This document shows, one piece after another, positions 1 to 9,998 of a DNA stretch of 40,141 bases. Location of the stretch: NCBI GenBank assembly GCA_051117555.1, contig JBNPEG010000141.1, positions 1 to 40,141 of the forward strand, written 5' to 3'. Under the pieces are notes generated by a model. The model was not told the origin of the DNA and made no database searches. It worked only from the letters and a program-made list of their open reading frames with translations. The position numbers and the translations under genes were made by a program. Position 1 is the first letter of the stretch; every line of letters starts with the position of its first letter. Origin of the DNA: Elainellaceae cyanobacterium (GTDB taxonomy: Bacteria; Cyanobacteriota; Cyanobacteriia; CAZCXK01).

Positions 1-102
1 CTCATCCGAATCATATACGGTGTCTTGTCTTCAGGGGAAAAATTTGACTCGGCTAAATTAGTCCCACACAACACTTGACCTACAGTGGCCTAAACAGTAT
101 CT
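1..102 (+). mobile_element. 3' end of an IS110-family transposase gene (1-78) plus the element right end (to ~102)
   Basis: Frame 1 reads LIRIIYGVLSSGEKFDSAKLVPHNT* (TGA 76-78), resembling IS110 C-termini (RKL.RI.YGVL.SG..FD). It is followed by TTGACC (75-80) and ACAGTATCT (94-102), the layout of an IS621-like right end ending in a CT core. Only 25 codons are visible. Confidence 0.75.
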
Positions 103-138
103 ACATTTGATTCCGCCCACCTACTTACTAAATCTGAA

Positions 139-185
139 TATAGCCGTACGCTCTCGTATAAGGTCGCTGAGCGTGTGGGGCTATA
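139..185. repeat. Small dispersed repeat, TATAGC...GCTATA family (short form)
   Basis: tatagccgtacgctctcg...ctgagcgtgtggggctata; both ends are shared with the copy at 4375-4464. Confidence 0.7.
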
Positions 186-458
186 AATTGCTTTAAGTAC
201 GAGATAAAATATAAGCCATGCCTAGGCGTTATTTGATATTGCTTAGGCAATACTTATAATTGAGTAGAGATTTTGACATTTCGAGTCCTCCCGTTGTGAA
301 AATCCCTGCAAAATTCGCTCAAATGGGTGCTGAATTATTAGCATTGCTTAGGCATTAGCTAATAACATATAGACGTATTTAATAACATCTACCCATTTTG
401 AATCAATGCCTAGGCGTTCGTTAATAAGTAGGTGGGACTAATTAAATATGAGACCTGT

Positions 459-535
459 GTAGGTTGGGTTAGCGTTAGCGTAACCCAACGAAACCCAAGC
501 CAGCGTTGGGTTTCACGTTGTTCAACCCAACCTAC
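459..535. repeat. REP-like (GTAG-type) inverted doublet
   Basis: gtaggttgggttagcgttagcgtaacccaac ... gttgggtttcacgttgttcaacccaacctac, preceded by a taagtaggtggg end motif at 425-436. Confidence 0.8.
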
Positions 536-588
536 AAGACCAGATTTGTCAGTCAATCAGGGAGAATCATTCAGAAGATGAGCGAACG

Positions 589-807
589 TTAAAGAAACAT
601 CAGAATGAGTAGGATGATAATGCAGGTTGCGACCAGCCCGCCCGCGTCGTCAGATCTCGTGGAAGAGGGCGATGTTTGGTGTGACATATCTCGTCGAAAA
701 TCACAGTTGATACATTGAAACACCAGATCGGTAGAGCGAATGATGGTGTGTTTGCCACACTTTGGGCATTCGAGAGAGGATTGGGTGATAGATTGTGACG
801 TTTTCAT
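589..807 (-). CDS. Small zinc-ribbon protein with C-terminal membrane anchor
   Basis: 72 aa with CPKC...CINC and a hydrophobic C-terminus (LVATCIIILLILMFL). Confidence 0.7.
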   Translation of the reverse strand: MKTSQSITQSSLECPKCGKHTIIRSTDLVFQCINCDFRRDMSHQTSPSSTRSDDAGGLVATCIIILLILMFL

Positions 808-993
808 AGTTCAAGAATCGTTTGGGGCAACTAGCGAGGTCTAGCCAGGATTTACATAGACATCGCTCGACAGGAACTGCTGTAGTAAGATTCAATCGCT
901 TGGCAAGACTTTCCTGAATAAATGACGTAAGTGGCGATCGCCAATTCTTAAATTAATCAAATCTGTCGAATTCATTTCATAGGAATCAGATGA

Positions 994-1815
994 ATGGGAA
1001 TTTCTCTCACCGTTGATAGCAGCACCTTTGATGAAAAGGTAATCCAATCGTCGTTTGAAAAGCCCGTATTGGTTGACTTTTTTGCTCAGTGGTGTGGTCC
1101 ATGCCAAATGCTCAAGCCTGTTCTAGAGAAACTTGTCGAGGAATATGATTTTGTATTAGCAAAGGTCGATATCGACCAAAATCCAGACTTGGCAAACGCT
1201 TATCACATCGAAGGTGTTCCAGATGTGAGAGTCGTCTCCCAGGGAACTGTGAAGCCAGGGTTTGTAGGCGTCTTGCCAGAACCCAAGCTGAGAGATTTAC
1301 TAACTAGCTTGGGGCTAAAGTCGGGCTTAGACGCAGGGCTCGAAACGATTCAAGCTGCCATGAAAACGGGCGATGTTGAAAAAGCCAACCATATTTTGAA
1401 TCAACTGCTGACGCAGTACCCCAATAATCGGCAGTTTCAAATCAGTGCGGCTCGCTTTCTCATGACCATTAATGAGCTAGATCAGGCAGAGCACGTGCTC
1501 GCTTCGATTCGAGAGGACGACCGTCAATACTTCAGAGCAGCGGAGGCGATTCGAGGATTGATTCAACTTCAGCGATTTAGTCTCGATCCCGTGATTGAAA
1601 CGGATCTAGATGAGGTGTTTTTGAATGCGTCTCGTGCGGCATTAAGTGGCGATTATGAAACGTCGTTGATGCTATTTTTAGAAGTTCTAAGCCGCGATCG
1701 CACCTATAAAAATGAAGCCGCTCGCAAAGCAATGCTAACCATCTTTGACATCCTGGGAGCCGATCATCCATTAACTCGCCACTATCGAAAACAGCTCATG
1801 CTCATGCTGTATTAA
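994..1815 (+). CDS. Thioredoxin-TPR co-chaperone (YbbN/CnoX-like)
   Basis: N-terminal thioredoxin fold (VLVDFFAQWCGPC) followed by a helical TPR region ending in ARKAML.IF..LG..HPL...YRKQL. Confidence 0.9.
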   Translation: MGISLTVDSSTFDEKVIQSSFEKPVLVDFFAQWCGPCQMLKPVLEKLVEEYDFVLAKVDIDQNPDLANAYHIEGVPDVRVVSQGTVKPGFVGVLPEPKLRDLLTSLGLKSGLDAGLETIQAAMKTGDVEKANHILNQLLTQYPNNRQFQISAARFLMTINELDQAEHVLASIREDDRQYFRAAEAIRGLIQLQRFSLDPVIETDLDEVFLNASRAALSGDYETSLMLFLEVLSRDRTYKNEAARKAMLTIFDILGADHPLTRHYRKQLMLMLY

Positions 1816-1863
1816 ATCCATCCGCATGATTAACGGCTTTAAATCTAGATAAATTCATCCGGT

Positions 1864-2637
1864 GTGACAGGTATGGGTCGATTAGATGGGAAAGTCGCTC
1901 TGATTACAGGAGTCAGTTCAGGTATTGGGAAAGCGTCAGCACAACTCTTTGCCCAAGAAGGTGCTCACGTCTTTGGTGTAGATTTGAATGCGGACAGTGG
2001 ACGTGCGATCGCCAAGACACTGAATCAGCACGCGCGCATATTTCAGTTTTTTGCCGCAGACTTGACGCAAGACGATCAGCTAGACAATGCTGTTCGAGAC
2101 TGTATCAAGGTATTTGGGCGGATTGATATTCTCTACAACAATGCTGGAATCTCATCGGTTCAGCCATTTCCTGAGGTCAGTCGCACCTCTCTCGAACACA
2201 TCTTTGCCATCAATGTAATTGCGGTTTATCGGCTGTGCCAGCTTGTGATTCCTCACATGCAAGCACAGGGCGGTGGCGTTATCATTAACACCGCGTCTGA
2301 GCTTTCGATAGTTGCTCAACCCCTGTTTACTGCGTATTGCGCCACAAAGGGAGCCGTGTTGTCGTTCACCCGAGCATTAGCGCTGGAATATGCGCGGCAC
2401 AATATCCGCATCAATACCCTATGCCCAGGCCCTATTGACACGCCAATGCTGCAACACGAATTCGCGACCGAGCCCAATCCTGAAAAAGCTCAGATGGCAA
2501 GTATCGAGTCGATTCCCATCGGTCGATTAGGGGATGCCCACGAGATCGCTCAGGTGGCTTTATTTCTGGCAAGTGAAGCGCCAGCTTTGATGCATGGTTC
2601 GTCTGTCGTGATAGATGGAGGAAAGACTCTCCTTTGA
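1864..2637 (+). CDS. Short-chain dehydrogenase/reductase (SDR)
   Basis: TGVSSGIG Rossmann motif, NNAG and the catalytic YCATK (YxxxK). The start may be ATG 1873. Confidence 0.92.
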   Translation: MTGMGRLDGKVALITGVSSGIGKASAQLFAQEGAHVFGVDLNADSGRAIAKTLNQHARIFQFFAADLTQDDQLDNAVRDCIKVFGRIDILYNNAGISSVQPFPEVSRTSLEHIFAINVIAVYRLCQLVIPHMQAQGGGVIINTASELSIVAQPLFTAYCATKGAVLSFTRALALEYARHNIRINTLCPGPIDTPMLQHEFATEPNPEKAQMASIESIPIGRLGDAHEIAQVALFLASEAPALMHGSSVVIDGGKTLL

Positions 2638-2744
2638 AGCCTTTCAGAAAAGTCTTTCAGATGTTCCGCTTGTAGGCTATGTTCAATTTGCAAAAGTATC
2701 GCAGCAGTATTCACCTGAATTGGGGGTAATGGGGGGATGCAGTG

Positions 2745-2957
2745 CACTGGCGTCAACTTAGGGACAAGACCTACTTGCTGTAGGGAATTTGGCCCTTGTA
2801 TCCAAACTTCTTTCAACCGTTAGGCCACTATGAACGCATTCTTCTAAACAGGCCGAAACATGCTGCATTCGCCCTCTAATCCCCCAATTGGGGGATTAGA
2901 GGGCCATCGCGGTAAAGCCCTTCCTGAAGGAGTTTTCAGCTTAAGTTGACGCCAGTG
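2745..2957. mobile_element. MITE-like element, 213 bp
   Basis: Perfect 16-bp terminal inverted repeats cactggcgtcaactta (2745-2760) and taagttgacgccagtg (2942-2957), flanked by direct repeats tgcagtg (2738-2744, 2958-2964). No transposase ORF inside. Confidence 0.75.
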
Positions 2958-3003
2958 TGCAGTGCCCCCCTCTTCCCTTCTAAGTAGGAGGGCTGAATTA
3001 TTT

Positions 3004-3059
3004 GTAGGATGGGTATAGCCCTTCGGGCATGGCTTCGCTAAAGCGTCAGCGTAACCCAT
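3004..3059. repeat. REP-like element interrupted by a ~28-nt small insertion
   Basis: gtaggatggg[tatagcccttcgggcatggcttcgctaa]agcgtcagcgtaacccat; compare the uninterrupted REP at 459-489. Confidence 0.7.
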
Positions 3060-3071
3060 GCGGGCGTTGGG

Positions 3072-3857
3072 TTATTGCCTTCGGCAAGGTTGAGTAAGTT
3101 TTTTGGCTCGGCTCAGCAGTCCGATGACCGCCATCGATCCCAAACCAAACACCAAACCAGGCTCGGGGACAGATTCGGATTCTCCATCCAGTTGAACATT
3201 TACTCCGTCACCCGTCCGGGCATATTTTTCACCCAGATTTAGCTCAATCCAACTGACGTTGTTAAAACTCTGCGACTGAATGTTGCTTTGAAGACCTGCA
3301 AGCAGCATCCCAGATGAAGTAGTGCCATTGCTAAAGCCGATGGTATAGCTCGTGCCGCGATCGCCTTTAGCATATTCAACGTCAAACCATCGGACATTAA
3401 GAAGGTCTAGCGTACTGGCAAAATTAAACCGAAACGTACCCACCTCTAGCTGACCGTGTTCAAGTTTGGGGTCAGTGCCGTTTGATTTTATAGCGACGGG
3501 GCGAAACCAGTAGTTACCCGTTTCATCTGCGGTGCCGATATCTTTTGACAGAAATTGTACCCCGCCGTAGGTGTTAGCAGTACCAAATTTGTCGACAAAC
3601 AGACGACTCCGAGTGCCTGTTGAGCTATCGACCAAACTATCAACCGAGCCAAGGAGCGGATCGAGCGAAAGATAAGAACATCCGCTCCCTAAGCAGCTCC
3701 CAAGCCCAACATTGACTTCTCCCTCCTGCTGAGGAACCAATGAAAATGCAGATGCTGGAGATGCAGCGAAACCGGCTGTGATCACAGAGGCTGCGATCGC
3801 CCATGCAATCACGCCAACCGAATTGGCAGTCATTTTAGAAATGTGCTGAAGCGTCAT
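3072..3857 (-). CDS. PEP-CTERM sorting-domain surface protein, LEVG type
   Basis: Signal peptide (..AASPASAFSLVP), internal GQLEVGTFRF motif, and C-terminal VPEP followed by a hydrophobic helix and basic tail. Confidence 0.88.
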   Translation of the reverse strand: MTLQHISKMTANSVGVIAWAIAASVITAGFAASPASAFSLVPQQEGEVNVGLGSCLGSGCSYLSLDPLLGSVDSLVDSSTGTRSRLFVDKFGTANTYGGVQFLSKDIGTADETGNYWFRPVAIKSNGTDPKLEHGQLEVGTFRFNFASTLDLLNVRWFDVEYAKGDRGTSYTIGFSNGTTSSGMLLAGLQSNIQSQSFNNVSWIELNLGEKYARTGDGVNVQLDGESESVPEPGLVFGLGSMAVIGLLSRAKKLTQPCRRQ

Positions 3858-4307
3858 ATAGGTAATGGTTCGAAAATAGATGGAAAATCGTGGATTCTAG
3901 CGAGGGGAAATCAACAGATATGACAATTGCGTTGGGGAATCCGCAATCATCCAGAAACATACCGAAAACATACCGACTAAAACTCATCGATTCTGGACAG
4001 AGTGGTTTGAATCGCAGAGTCCAGTGAAGAAAGAATGCAAGACAGTCATAAACCGATATCAGCAGTATTATCTGTAACGTGTATCTAAACCGATAGATTA
4101 TCCAGGATATTACTGATATCTTGAATCAAACGTATCGCGAATGAGTCAGGCAGACCACTGTATTTGCAGTCAATTTCATGATTTCTTCATTGATGCCGAA
4201 GTTTTGAGAACAGACAATGAGGGCCTCCCAACTTCTCAGATAAATTACTGAGATAATCCGTAAATTTATGTATTTAATATAACAATCACTTTGCTGCCGA
4301 CCTGATA

Positions 4308-4359
4308 GCCGACATAGCAAGCCGACATAGCAAACCGACATAGCAAATCGACTTAGCAA
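4308..4359. repeat. 13-bp tandem repeat x4
   Basis: gccgacatagcaa gccgacatagcaa accgacatagcaa atcgacttagcaa. Confidence 0.9.
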
Positions 4360-4374
4360 TAGTCATCAATGATT

Positions 4375-4464
4375 TATAGTCGTACGCTCTCGCGTTAGGA
4401 CATTGAACCTGTGTAGAGACCCCGCGCGGGGCTTTACACACAAATCTGAGCCCATGGGGCTATA
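4375..4464. repeat. Small dispersed repeat, TATAGC...GCTATA family with an internal REP-like hairpin
   Basis: Ends match 139-185; the interior contains tgtagagaccccgcgcggggctttaca. Confidence 0.7.
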
Positions 4465-4548
4465 ACTCTCGACCTTGCATCGATCTGCATGGTGGTCGGC
4501 GTTTACCCGTATAATTGACGGGCGCGCATTGATACCCTCTAGTTTGGC

Positions 4549-5457
4549 GTGGATAAAGAATCACAAAATACTCGGCAGGTCATCGGGATTGATTTAGGCG
4601 GATCGGCCATCAAGCTGGGGCGATTCGACCAAACAGGGCATTGTCTTAAGTCGTTAACGGTTTCAACGCCACAACCGTCGTATCCTGAGGCGGTTTTAGA
4701 CGCAATCGTAGAGGCGATCGCCCAACTAGACCCAGCATCCGCTAGCCTTGCCATCGGATTAGGCACTCCCGGTCCTGCTGATTCAGAAGGGCGAATTTCT
4801 AGAGTCGCTATCAATTTGTCGGGATGGGCAAATGTACCCGTGGCAGACTGGCTAGAGAAAAAGACGGGGAAGCCAACCGTAATCGCCAATGACGCCAACT
4901 GTGCGGGGCTAGGTGAATATTGGTTGGGGGCAGGGCAGCCCTTTCAAAATCTCATCATGCTTACTCTAGGAACAGGAGTCGGCGGAGCGGTAATTTTAGA
5001 TGGCAATCTGTTTGTGGGGCGAAATGGCACAGCGGGCGAACTTGGGCTTATTACCCTCAACCCGATTGGACCGATTTGTAATAGCGGCAATCGGGGATCG
5101 CTGGAGCAGCATGCCTCCGTGCAAGCCATTCGTCGGCGCACTGGGCTTGACCCTGGAGAACTCGGTATCAGGGCTCAGGCAGGTGATCCCGATGCGATCG
5201 CATTCTGGATAGAATACGGACGTGACTTGGGAGCAGGCTTGGCAAGCCTCATCTATGTCTTGACTCCGGAAGCAATCATTTTGGGGGGAGGGATCAGTGC
5301 CAGCGCAGAGTTTTTCTTTCCAACGGTCTGGGCAGAAATTGAACAGCGGGTATTGCCATCCTCTCGCTCTAATTTGCAGCTATTGCCCGCAGCCTTAGGC
5401 AGTCAGGCAGGAATTGTGGGAGCCGCAAAATTGGCCTGGCAACATCTGAGACCATAA
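4549..5457 (+). CDS. ROK family sugar kinase (glucokinase-like)
   Basis: IGIDLGGS, NDANCAGLGE, LTLGTGVGGA, GELG and C.SGNRGSLE motifs. Confidence 0.92.
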   Translation: MDKESQNTRQVIGIDLGGSAIKLGRFDQTGHCLKSLTVSTPQPSYPEAVLDAIVEAIAQLDPASASLAIGLGTPGPADSEGRISRVAINLSGWANVPVADWLEKKTGKPTVIANDANCAGLGEYWLGAGQPFQNLIMLTLGTGVGGAVILDGNLFVGRNGTAGELGLITLNPIGPICNSGNRGSLEQHASVQAIRRRTGLDPGELGIRAQAGDPDAIAFWIEYGRDLGAGLASLIYVLTPEAIILGGGISASAEFFFPTVWAEIEQRVLPSSRSNLQLLPAALGSQAGIVGAAKLAWQHLRP

Positions 5458-5516
5458 ACCTTCATAATGAGAGTAAATCTCAAATTGAGTCGTCAACATC
5501 ACGCAAATCTGAATCT

Positions 5517-6032
5517 ATGAACTACGTCATTGCCGTGTTGTCGGATCGAATTCAGGCAGAAGAAGTCTATTCTGCCCTTGAACGTGAAAAATTCCCGGCA
5601 GAACGGGTCAGTATCGTGGGAAATGGGTACGAGTCTGCCGATGCCTTAAGTATTGTCGATCCCAGCATTCAAGCTCGAAAACAGGCTCGATGGATGGCAT
5701 ACTGGCTGGTGCCATTCGGATTTTTGGGTGGGGTTGCCTTTAACCTCGCCACTCAGTTCCAGCTTTTTTCGTGGGCAGGCACGCTCGGCAACCAGATCAT
5801 TGGTGGCATCTTAGGAGCCATTGGTGGAGCAATGGGTAGTTTGTTTGTCGGCGGAGGCATCAACATGGGGTTGGGCGATCGAGAGTCTCCCTCATATCGA
5901 AAACACCTCGACGATGGCAAATATGTGATTGTGGTTAATGGTCCGCCAAATCTAACTAACAAAGCCAATCGCATTCTGCGTCAGTTTGATCCAGAAGCGA
6001 TTCAGGGTTATATCGATACTCAGCGAGTGTAA
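5517..6032 (+). CDS. Hypothetical membrane protein, cyanobacterial type
   Basis: 171 aa with two Gly-rich hydrophobic segments (WLVPFGFLGG; IIGGILGAIGGAMGS). Confidence 0.8.
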   Translation: MNYVIAVLSDRIQAEEVYSALEREKFPAERVSIVGNGYESADALSIVDPSIQARKQARWMAYWLVPFGFLGGVAFNLATQFQLFSWAGTLGNQIIGGILGAIGGAMGSLFVGGGINMGLGDRESPSYRKHLDDGKYVIVVNGPPNLTNKANRILRQFDPEAIQGYIDTQRV

Positions 6033-6554
6033 CCCAGTAGGCCAATCGAACACTTTATTGCATCATTCGCGCATCCTTCGCCAAGAAACAAAATTGCGGT
6101 GATGCGACATACAATATTTCCCGACGAGGTTGAGATATTGTTTTAAGCATTTCCTAGTGCTACGGAGAAATCATTACATAGAGTACAATATCAGTACAAT
6201 TTTGAGTCAATGGCTTCTTCGTTACGTCTTTGACGGATGGATATGTTGTTGACGATGTGTTTTTTGTAATTTTCTAGTCAGTGCTTTGATGCTCACCTGG
6301 CAACTGAATCTATCTGCCGCAAGACGGTCGGTTGTTTGTCAGATACTCCCGATCCGTTTGCTGGTCTAGGTTGCCCAACGCGGTTGATGGTCGAGCGTCG
6401 GCTCATCTCGATGTAGTTGAATTCAACTGAATTGAATTGCATTGCTGATGTTAAGGTGTGCCGATCAAATTACTGATTCATTGAATCAATAGACCGTAAT
6501 ATCGTTGTTCATCATCTTCTGTCTTTCAATTTTACGAATTTGTACGGAGCTGAC

Positions 6555-6752
6555 ATGCTAGATTTTAAAGTCTCTTCAGATATATTGATTAGCATTGCGA
6601 CTGCCCCATTGCTCCTTGGCATCCTGGGAGGTAAAGTGCTAAGGGAGTTACTGTGTGATTTTGGGCAGGCAAGCGAAGAGATCTTTCGGGGCGATCGCCT
6701 TCCCATTCTCAATGTGTCACACCAGACATCAGATTCAAATTCTGATCAGTAG
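6555..6752 (+). CDS. Small hypothetical protein upstream of ppc
   Basis: ATG 6555; ILISIATAPLLLG...GQASEEIFRGDRLP resembles a small protein family I recall from cyanobacteria. Confidence 0.65.
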   Translation: MLDFKVSSDILISIATAPLLLGILGGKVLRELLCDFGQASEEIFRGDRLPILNVSHQTSDSNSDQ

Positions 6753-6867
6753 GAATCAGATGTTCGATTACCAATAAACAGTCTGATTCTACGGCGATTT
6801 CATCGCTGCATATTGTTTCAAGAAATAGAACCTCAAACACAATCGAATCAGTTAAACAGGATCAGCT

Positions 6868-9800
6868 ATGAGTTCAACTCTCCACTCCTCTGATGATGCG
6901 TTTCGCTCTGGCGCACTCATACAACCCCGAGATGATCAATCAGGAATTACGTCGCATTCTGTCAGCGATTTGTTCCTCCGTCATCGGCTCAAGATTGTGG
7001 AAGACATGTGGGGAGCTGTTCTTCTGCAAGAATGTGGACAACAGTTTGTCGAGCTGCTGCAACAGTTGCGTGATATGTGTTCTCCTGAAGGACAAGCTGC
7101 TGAAGCAATTCGATCCGATGTTTTAGAGGTCGTCGAAAGCCTTGACCTAAACGATGCGATTCGGGTCACTCGTGCCTTTGCGCTATATTTTCAACTGATT
7201 AATATCGTTGAGCAACACTACGAACAGCGAGGACAGCAGCAACAGTATCGGGCTGCTTACGAAAACGCATCCGATGATGCGGGGCGACAGGTTCGTTCTT
7301 TCTTCTCCTTTGATTCTGTCCCTCCCTATTTGGATGCCGAAGCTCAAGGCGGCATTCAGGCAGATTTGCTAGAGCGTAGTTTTCAAGAAGGCTTGTCTTC
7401 CCGACGCGAATCTCGTACATTTCAAGGGCTGTTTCCTAAGCTGCGACGACTCAACGTTCCGCCACAGCACATCCAAAATCTCATCGATAAACTCGATATT
7501 CGGCTCGTCTTTACCGCGCACCCCACGGAAATTGTTCGGCATACTATTCGTGGCAAGCAACGTCGCATTGCTCGCATTCTGCGCCAGCTTGATCGCTCTG
7601 AAGAAGGCGTGGAATCGGTCGATTGGTCTGAATCATGGGAGGCGGATGCTCTCAGAAATCAACTGACCGAAGAAATTCGATTGTGGTGGAGGACGGATGA
7701 GCTACACCAGTTTAAGCCGACCGTATTAGATGAAGTCGACTATACGCTGCATTATTTCGAGGAAGTGCTGTTTGAAGCCATCCCATTTCTTTATCAGCGC
7801 TTCCGTCGAGCCCTGAAAGGGACGTTTCCGGCATTGCGCCCCCCGAGCTATAAATTCTGCAAATTTGGATCATGGGTGGGATCAGACCGGGATGGAAACC
7901 CGTCTGTTACCCCTCAGGTAACCTGGAAAACAGCCTGCTACCAGCGCAATCTGGTGCTCAATAAATATATCCACTCGGTTGATCAGCTCATCGGTCTTCT
8001 GAGTCTCTCTCTCCATTGGAGTGATGTGCTCCCCGATCTACTGGAGTCGCTAGAGCAAGACCAGACTCATATTCCCGATGTGTATGAAGATCTCGCAATT
8101 CGATATCGACAAGAACCCTATCGCTTAAAGCTGGCTTATATCAAAAAGCGGCTGCAAAATACTTTGGAAAGGAGCCTCCAGCTCTACAACGGAGATTGTT
8201 TTCAGGAGCAAACCCTTGAAATCAATCCTATGCTGATCTATCGGTCGGGGGCTGATTTTTTGGCAGAGTTGCGTCTCATTCAGCGCAACCTACAGGAAAC
8301 AGGCTTGAACTGTCAGGATTTAGATAATTTGATTTGTCAGGCTGAAATCTATGGATTTAACCTAGCTCATCTCGATATCCGACAAGAAAGCTCTCGTCAC
8401 TCTGACACGCTCCATGAGCTCATCGAATATCTCCAAATTTTGCCAACGTCTTACAACGAGCTTTCAGAGGAAGAACGGATAGATTGGCTAGTGTCGGAAT
8501 TGCAAACTCGCCGCCCCCTGATTCCAACTGAGTTGCCCTTTTCAGAGAAGACAAGCGAAACCATTAAAACGTTTCGCATGATCCGTAAACTCCACCAAGA
8601 GTTTGGTCCTGACATTTGTCAGACCTATATCATCAGCATGAGCCATACCGTCAGCGATTTGCTAGAAGTATTGCTGCTGGCCAAAGAGGCGGGGCTTTAT
8701 GATCCGGCAACAGGATCTGGAAGTTTGCAGGTTGTGCCGCTGTTTGAAACGGTGGAAGACTTGCGACGTGCCCCATCGGTGATGAAGCGCTTGTTTGACC
8801 TGCCTCTCTATCGCAACTTCTTAGCAGGGGGCTCTAAGGGGGCAGATGGCACATCTGACTCTCCGATTTTGCCAGATTTGCAAGAAATTATGCTGGGCTA
8901 CTCGGATAGCAATAAGGACTCAGGCTTCTTGAGCAGCAATTGGGAAATTCATAAGGCACAGCAGGCATTACAGCATACGGCTGAACCGTACGGGATCTCG
9001 TTGCGCATCTTTCATGGGCGGGGTGGATCGGTAGGGCGTGGGGGTGGTCCGGCCTATGAGGCGATTTTGGCCCAGCCTGGAAGTAGTATTGACGGGCGCA
9101 TCAAAATTACTGAACAGGGTGAAGTCTTGGCATCGAAGTACAATCTCCCTGAATTAGCGCTCTACAATCTGGAGACAGTAACGACTGCGGTCATGCAGGC
9201 AAGTCTGCTTCACAATGGGTTTGATGATATTCAACCCTGGCACGAGATTATGGAAGAACTCGCGGCGCGATCGCGCGCCCATTACCGCAATCTCATCTAT
9301 GAGCAGCCCGATTTTATCGACTTTTTCCATCAGGTCACCCCTATCGAAGAAATCAGTCAGCTACAGATTAGTTCTCGCCCGGCGCGGCGTGGAGGGGGCA
9401 AGAAGGATTTATCGGGTTTGAGAGCGATTCCGTGGGTCTTTAGCTGGACGCAAACTCGATTTTTGTTGCCGTCATGGTACGGCGTTGGCACTGCGATGGA
9501 TGATTTCCTCAAAGAAGAACCTCAGGAAAACTTAAAGCTGTTGCGCTATTTCTACTACAAGTGGCCCTTCTTTAGGATGGTGATCTCAAAAGTTGAAATG
9601 ACGCTCTCTAAGGTCGATCTTCAAATTGCCGATCACTATGTGCGCGAACTCTCTCAGGATGCCGATCGCGATCGCTTTGATCGAGTATTTGAACAAATCG
9701 CCCGTGAATACTATCTCACGCGCGACTTAGTGCTGACGATTTCGGGGCATCAAAAGCTGCTAGATGGTGACCCAGAATTGCAGCGATCGGTCCAACTTCG

Positions 9801-9978
9801 TAATGGTACAATTGTGCCGCTTGGGGTCTTGCAGGTTTCTTTGTTGAAACGATTAAGGCAACACAAAACCAGTAGTGCATCGGGTATTATTCGCTCTCGA
9901 TATAGCCGGGGCGAACTACTCAGGGGTGCGTTGCTGACGATTAACGGCATTGCTGCCGGAATGCGAAATACGGGCTAA
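6868..9978 (+). CDS. ppc: Phosphoenolpyruvate carboxylase
   Basis: [60 protein letters not shown] and C-terminal [10 protein letters not shown]. Confidence 0.99.
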   Translation: MSSTLHSSDDAFRSGALIQPRDDQSGITSHSVSDLFLRHRLKIVEDMWGAVLLQECGQQFVELLQQLRDMCSPEGQAAEAIRSDVLEVVESLDLNDAIRVTRAFALYFQLINIVEQHYEQRGQQQQYRAAYENASDDAGRQVRSFFSFDSVPPYLDAEAQGGIQADLLERSFQEGLSSRRESRTFQGLFPKLRRLNVPPQHIQNLIDKLDIRLVFTAHPTEIVRHTIRGKQRRIARILRQLDRSEEGVESVDWSESWEADALRNQLTEEIRLWWRTDELHQFKPTVLDEVDYTLHYFEEVLFEAIPFLYQRFRRALKGTFPALRPPSYKFCKFGSWVGSDRDGNPSVTPQVTWKTACYQRNLVLNKYIHSVDQLIGLLSLSLHWSDVLPDLLESLEQDQTHIPDVYEDLAIRYRQEPYRLKLAYIKKRLQNTLERSLQLYNGDCFQEQTLEINPMLIYRSGADFLAELRLIQRNLQETGLNCQDLDNLICQAEIYGFNLAHLDIRQESSRHSDTLHELIEYLQILPTSYNELSEEERIDWLVSELQTRRPLIPTELPFSEKTSETIKTFRMIRKLHQEFGPDICQTYIISMSHTVSDLLEVLLLAKEAGLYDPATGSGSLQVVPLFETVEDLRRAPSVMKRLFDLPLYRNFLAGGSKGADGTSDSPILPDLQEIMLGYSDSNKDSGFLSSNWEIHKAQQALQHTAEPYGISLRIFHGRGGSVGRGGGPAYEAILAQPGSSIDGRIKITEQGEVLASKYNLPELALYNLETVTTAVMQASLLHNGFDDIQPWHEIMEELAARSRAHYRNLIYEQPDFIDFFHQVTPIEEISQLQISSRPARRGGGKKDLSGLRAIPWVFSWTQTRFLLPSWYGVGTAMDDFLKEEPQENLKLLRYFYYKWPFFRMVISKVEMTLSKVDLQIADHYVRELSQDADRDRFDRVFEQIAREYYLTRDLVLTISGHQKLLDGDPELQRSVQLRNGTIVPLGVLQVSLLKRLRQHKTSSASGIIRSRYSRGELLRGALLTINGIAAGMRNTG

Positions 9979-9998
9979 ATGTTCCTACTAAAACAACA

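Noticed and set aside
116..436. A MITE bounded by cccacctactta / taagtaggtggg
   Set aside because: The orientation fits better with the end of one dispersed repeat and the start of another; no target duplication was seen.
2844..3059. 71-aa minus-strand ORF
   Set aside because: It lies entirely within nested repeat and MITE sequence.
6060..6540. Possible ncRNA or riboswitch upstream of the small ORF and ppc
   Set aside because: Long intergenic stretch, but I recognised no consensus motif or convincing terminator.
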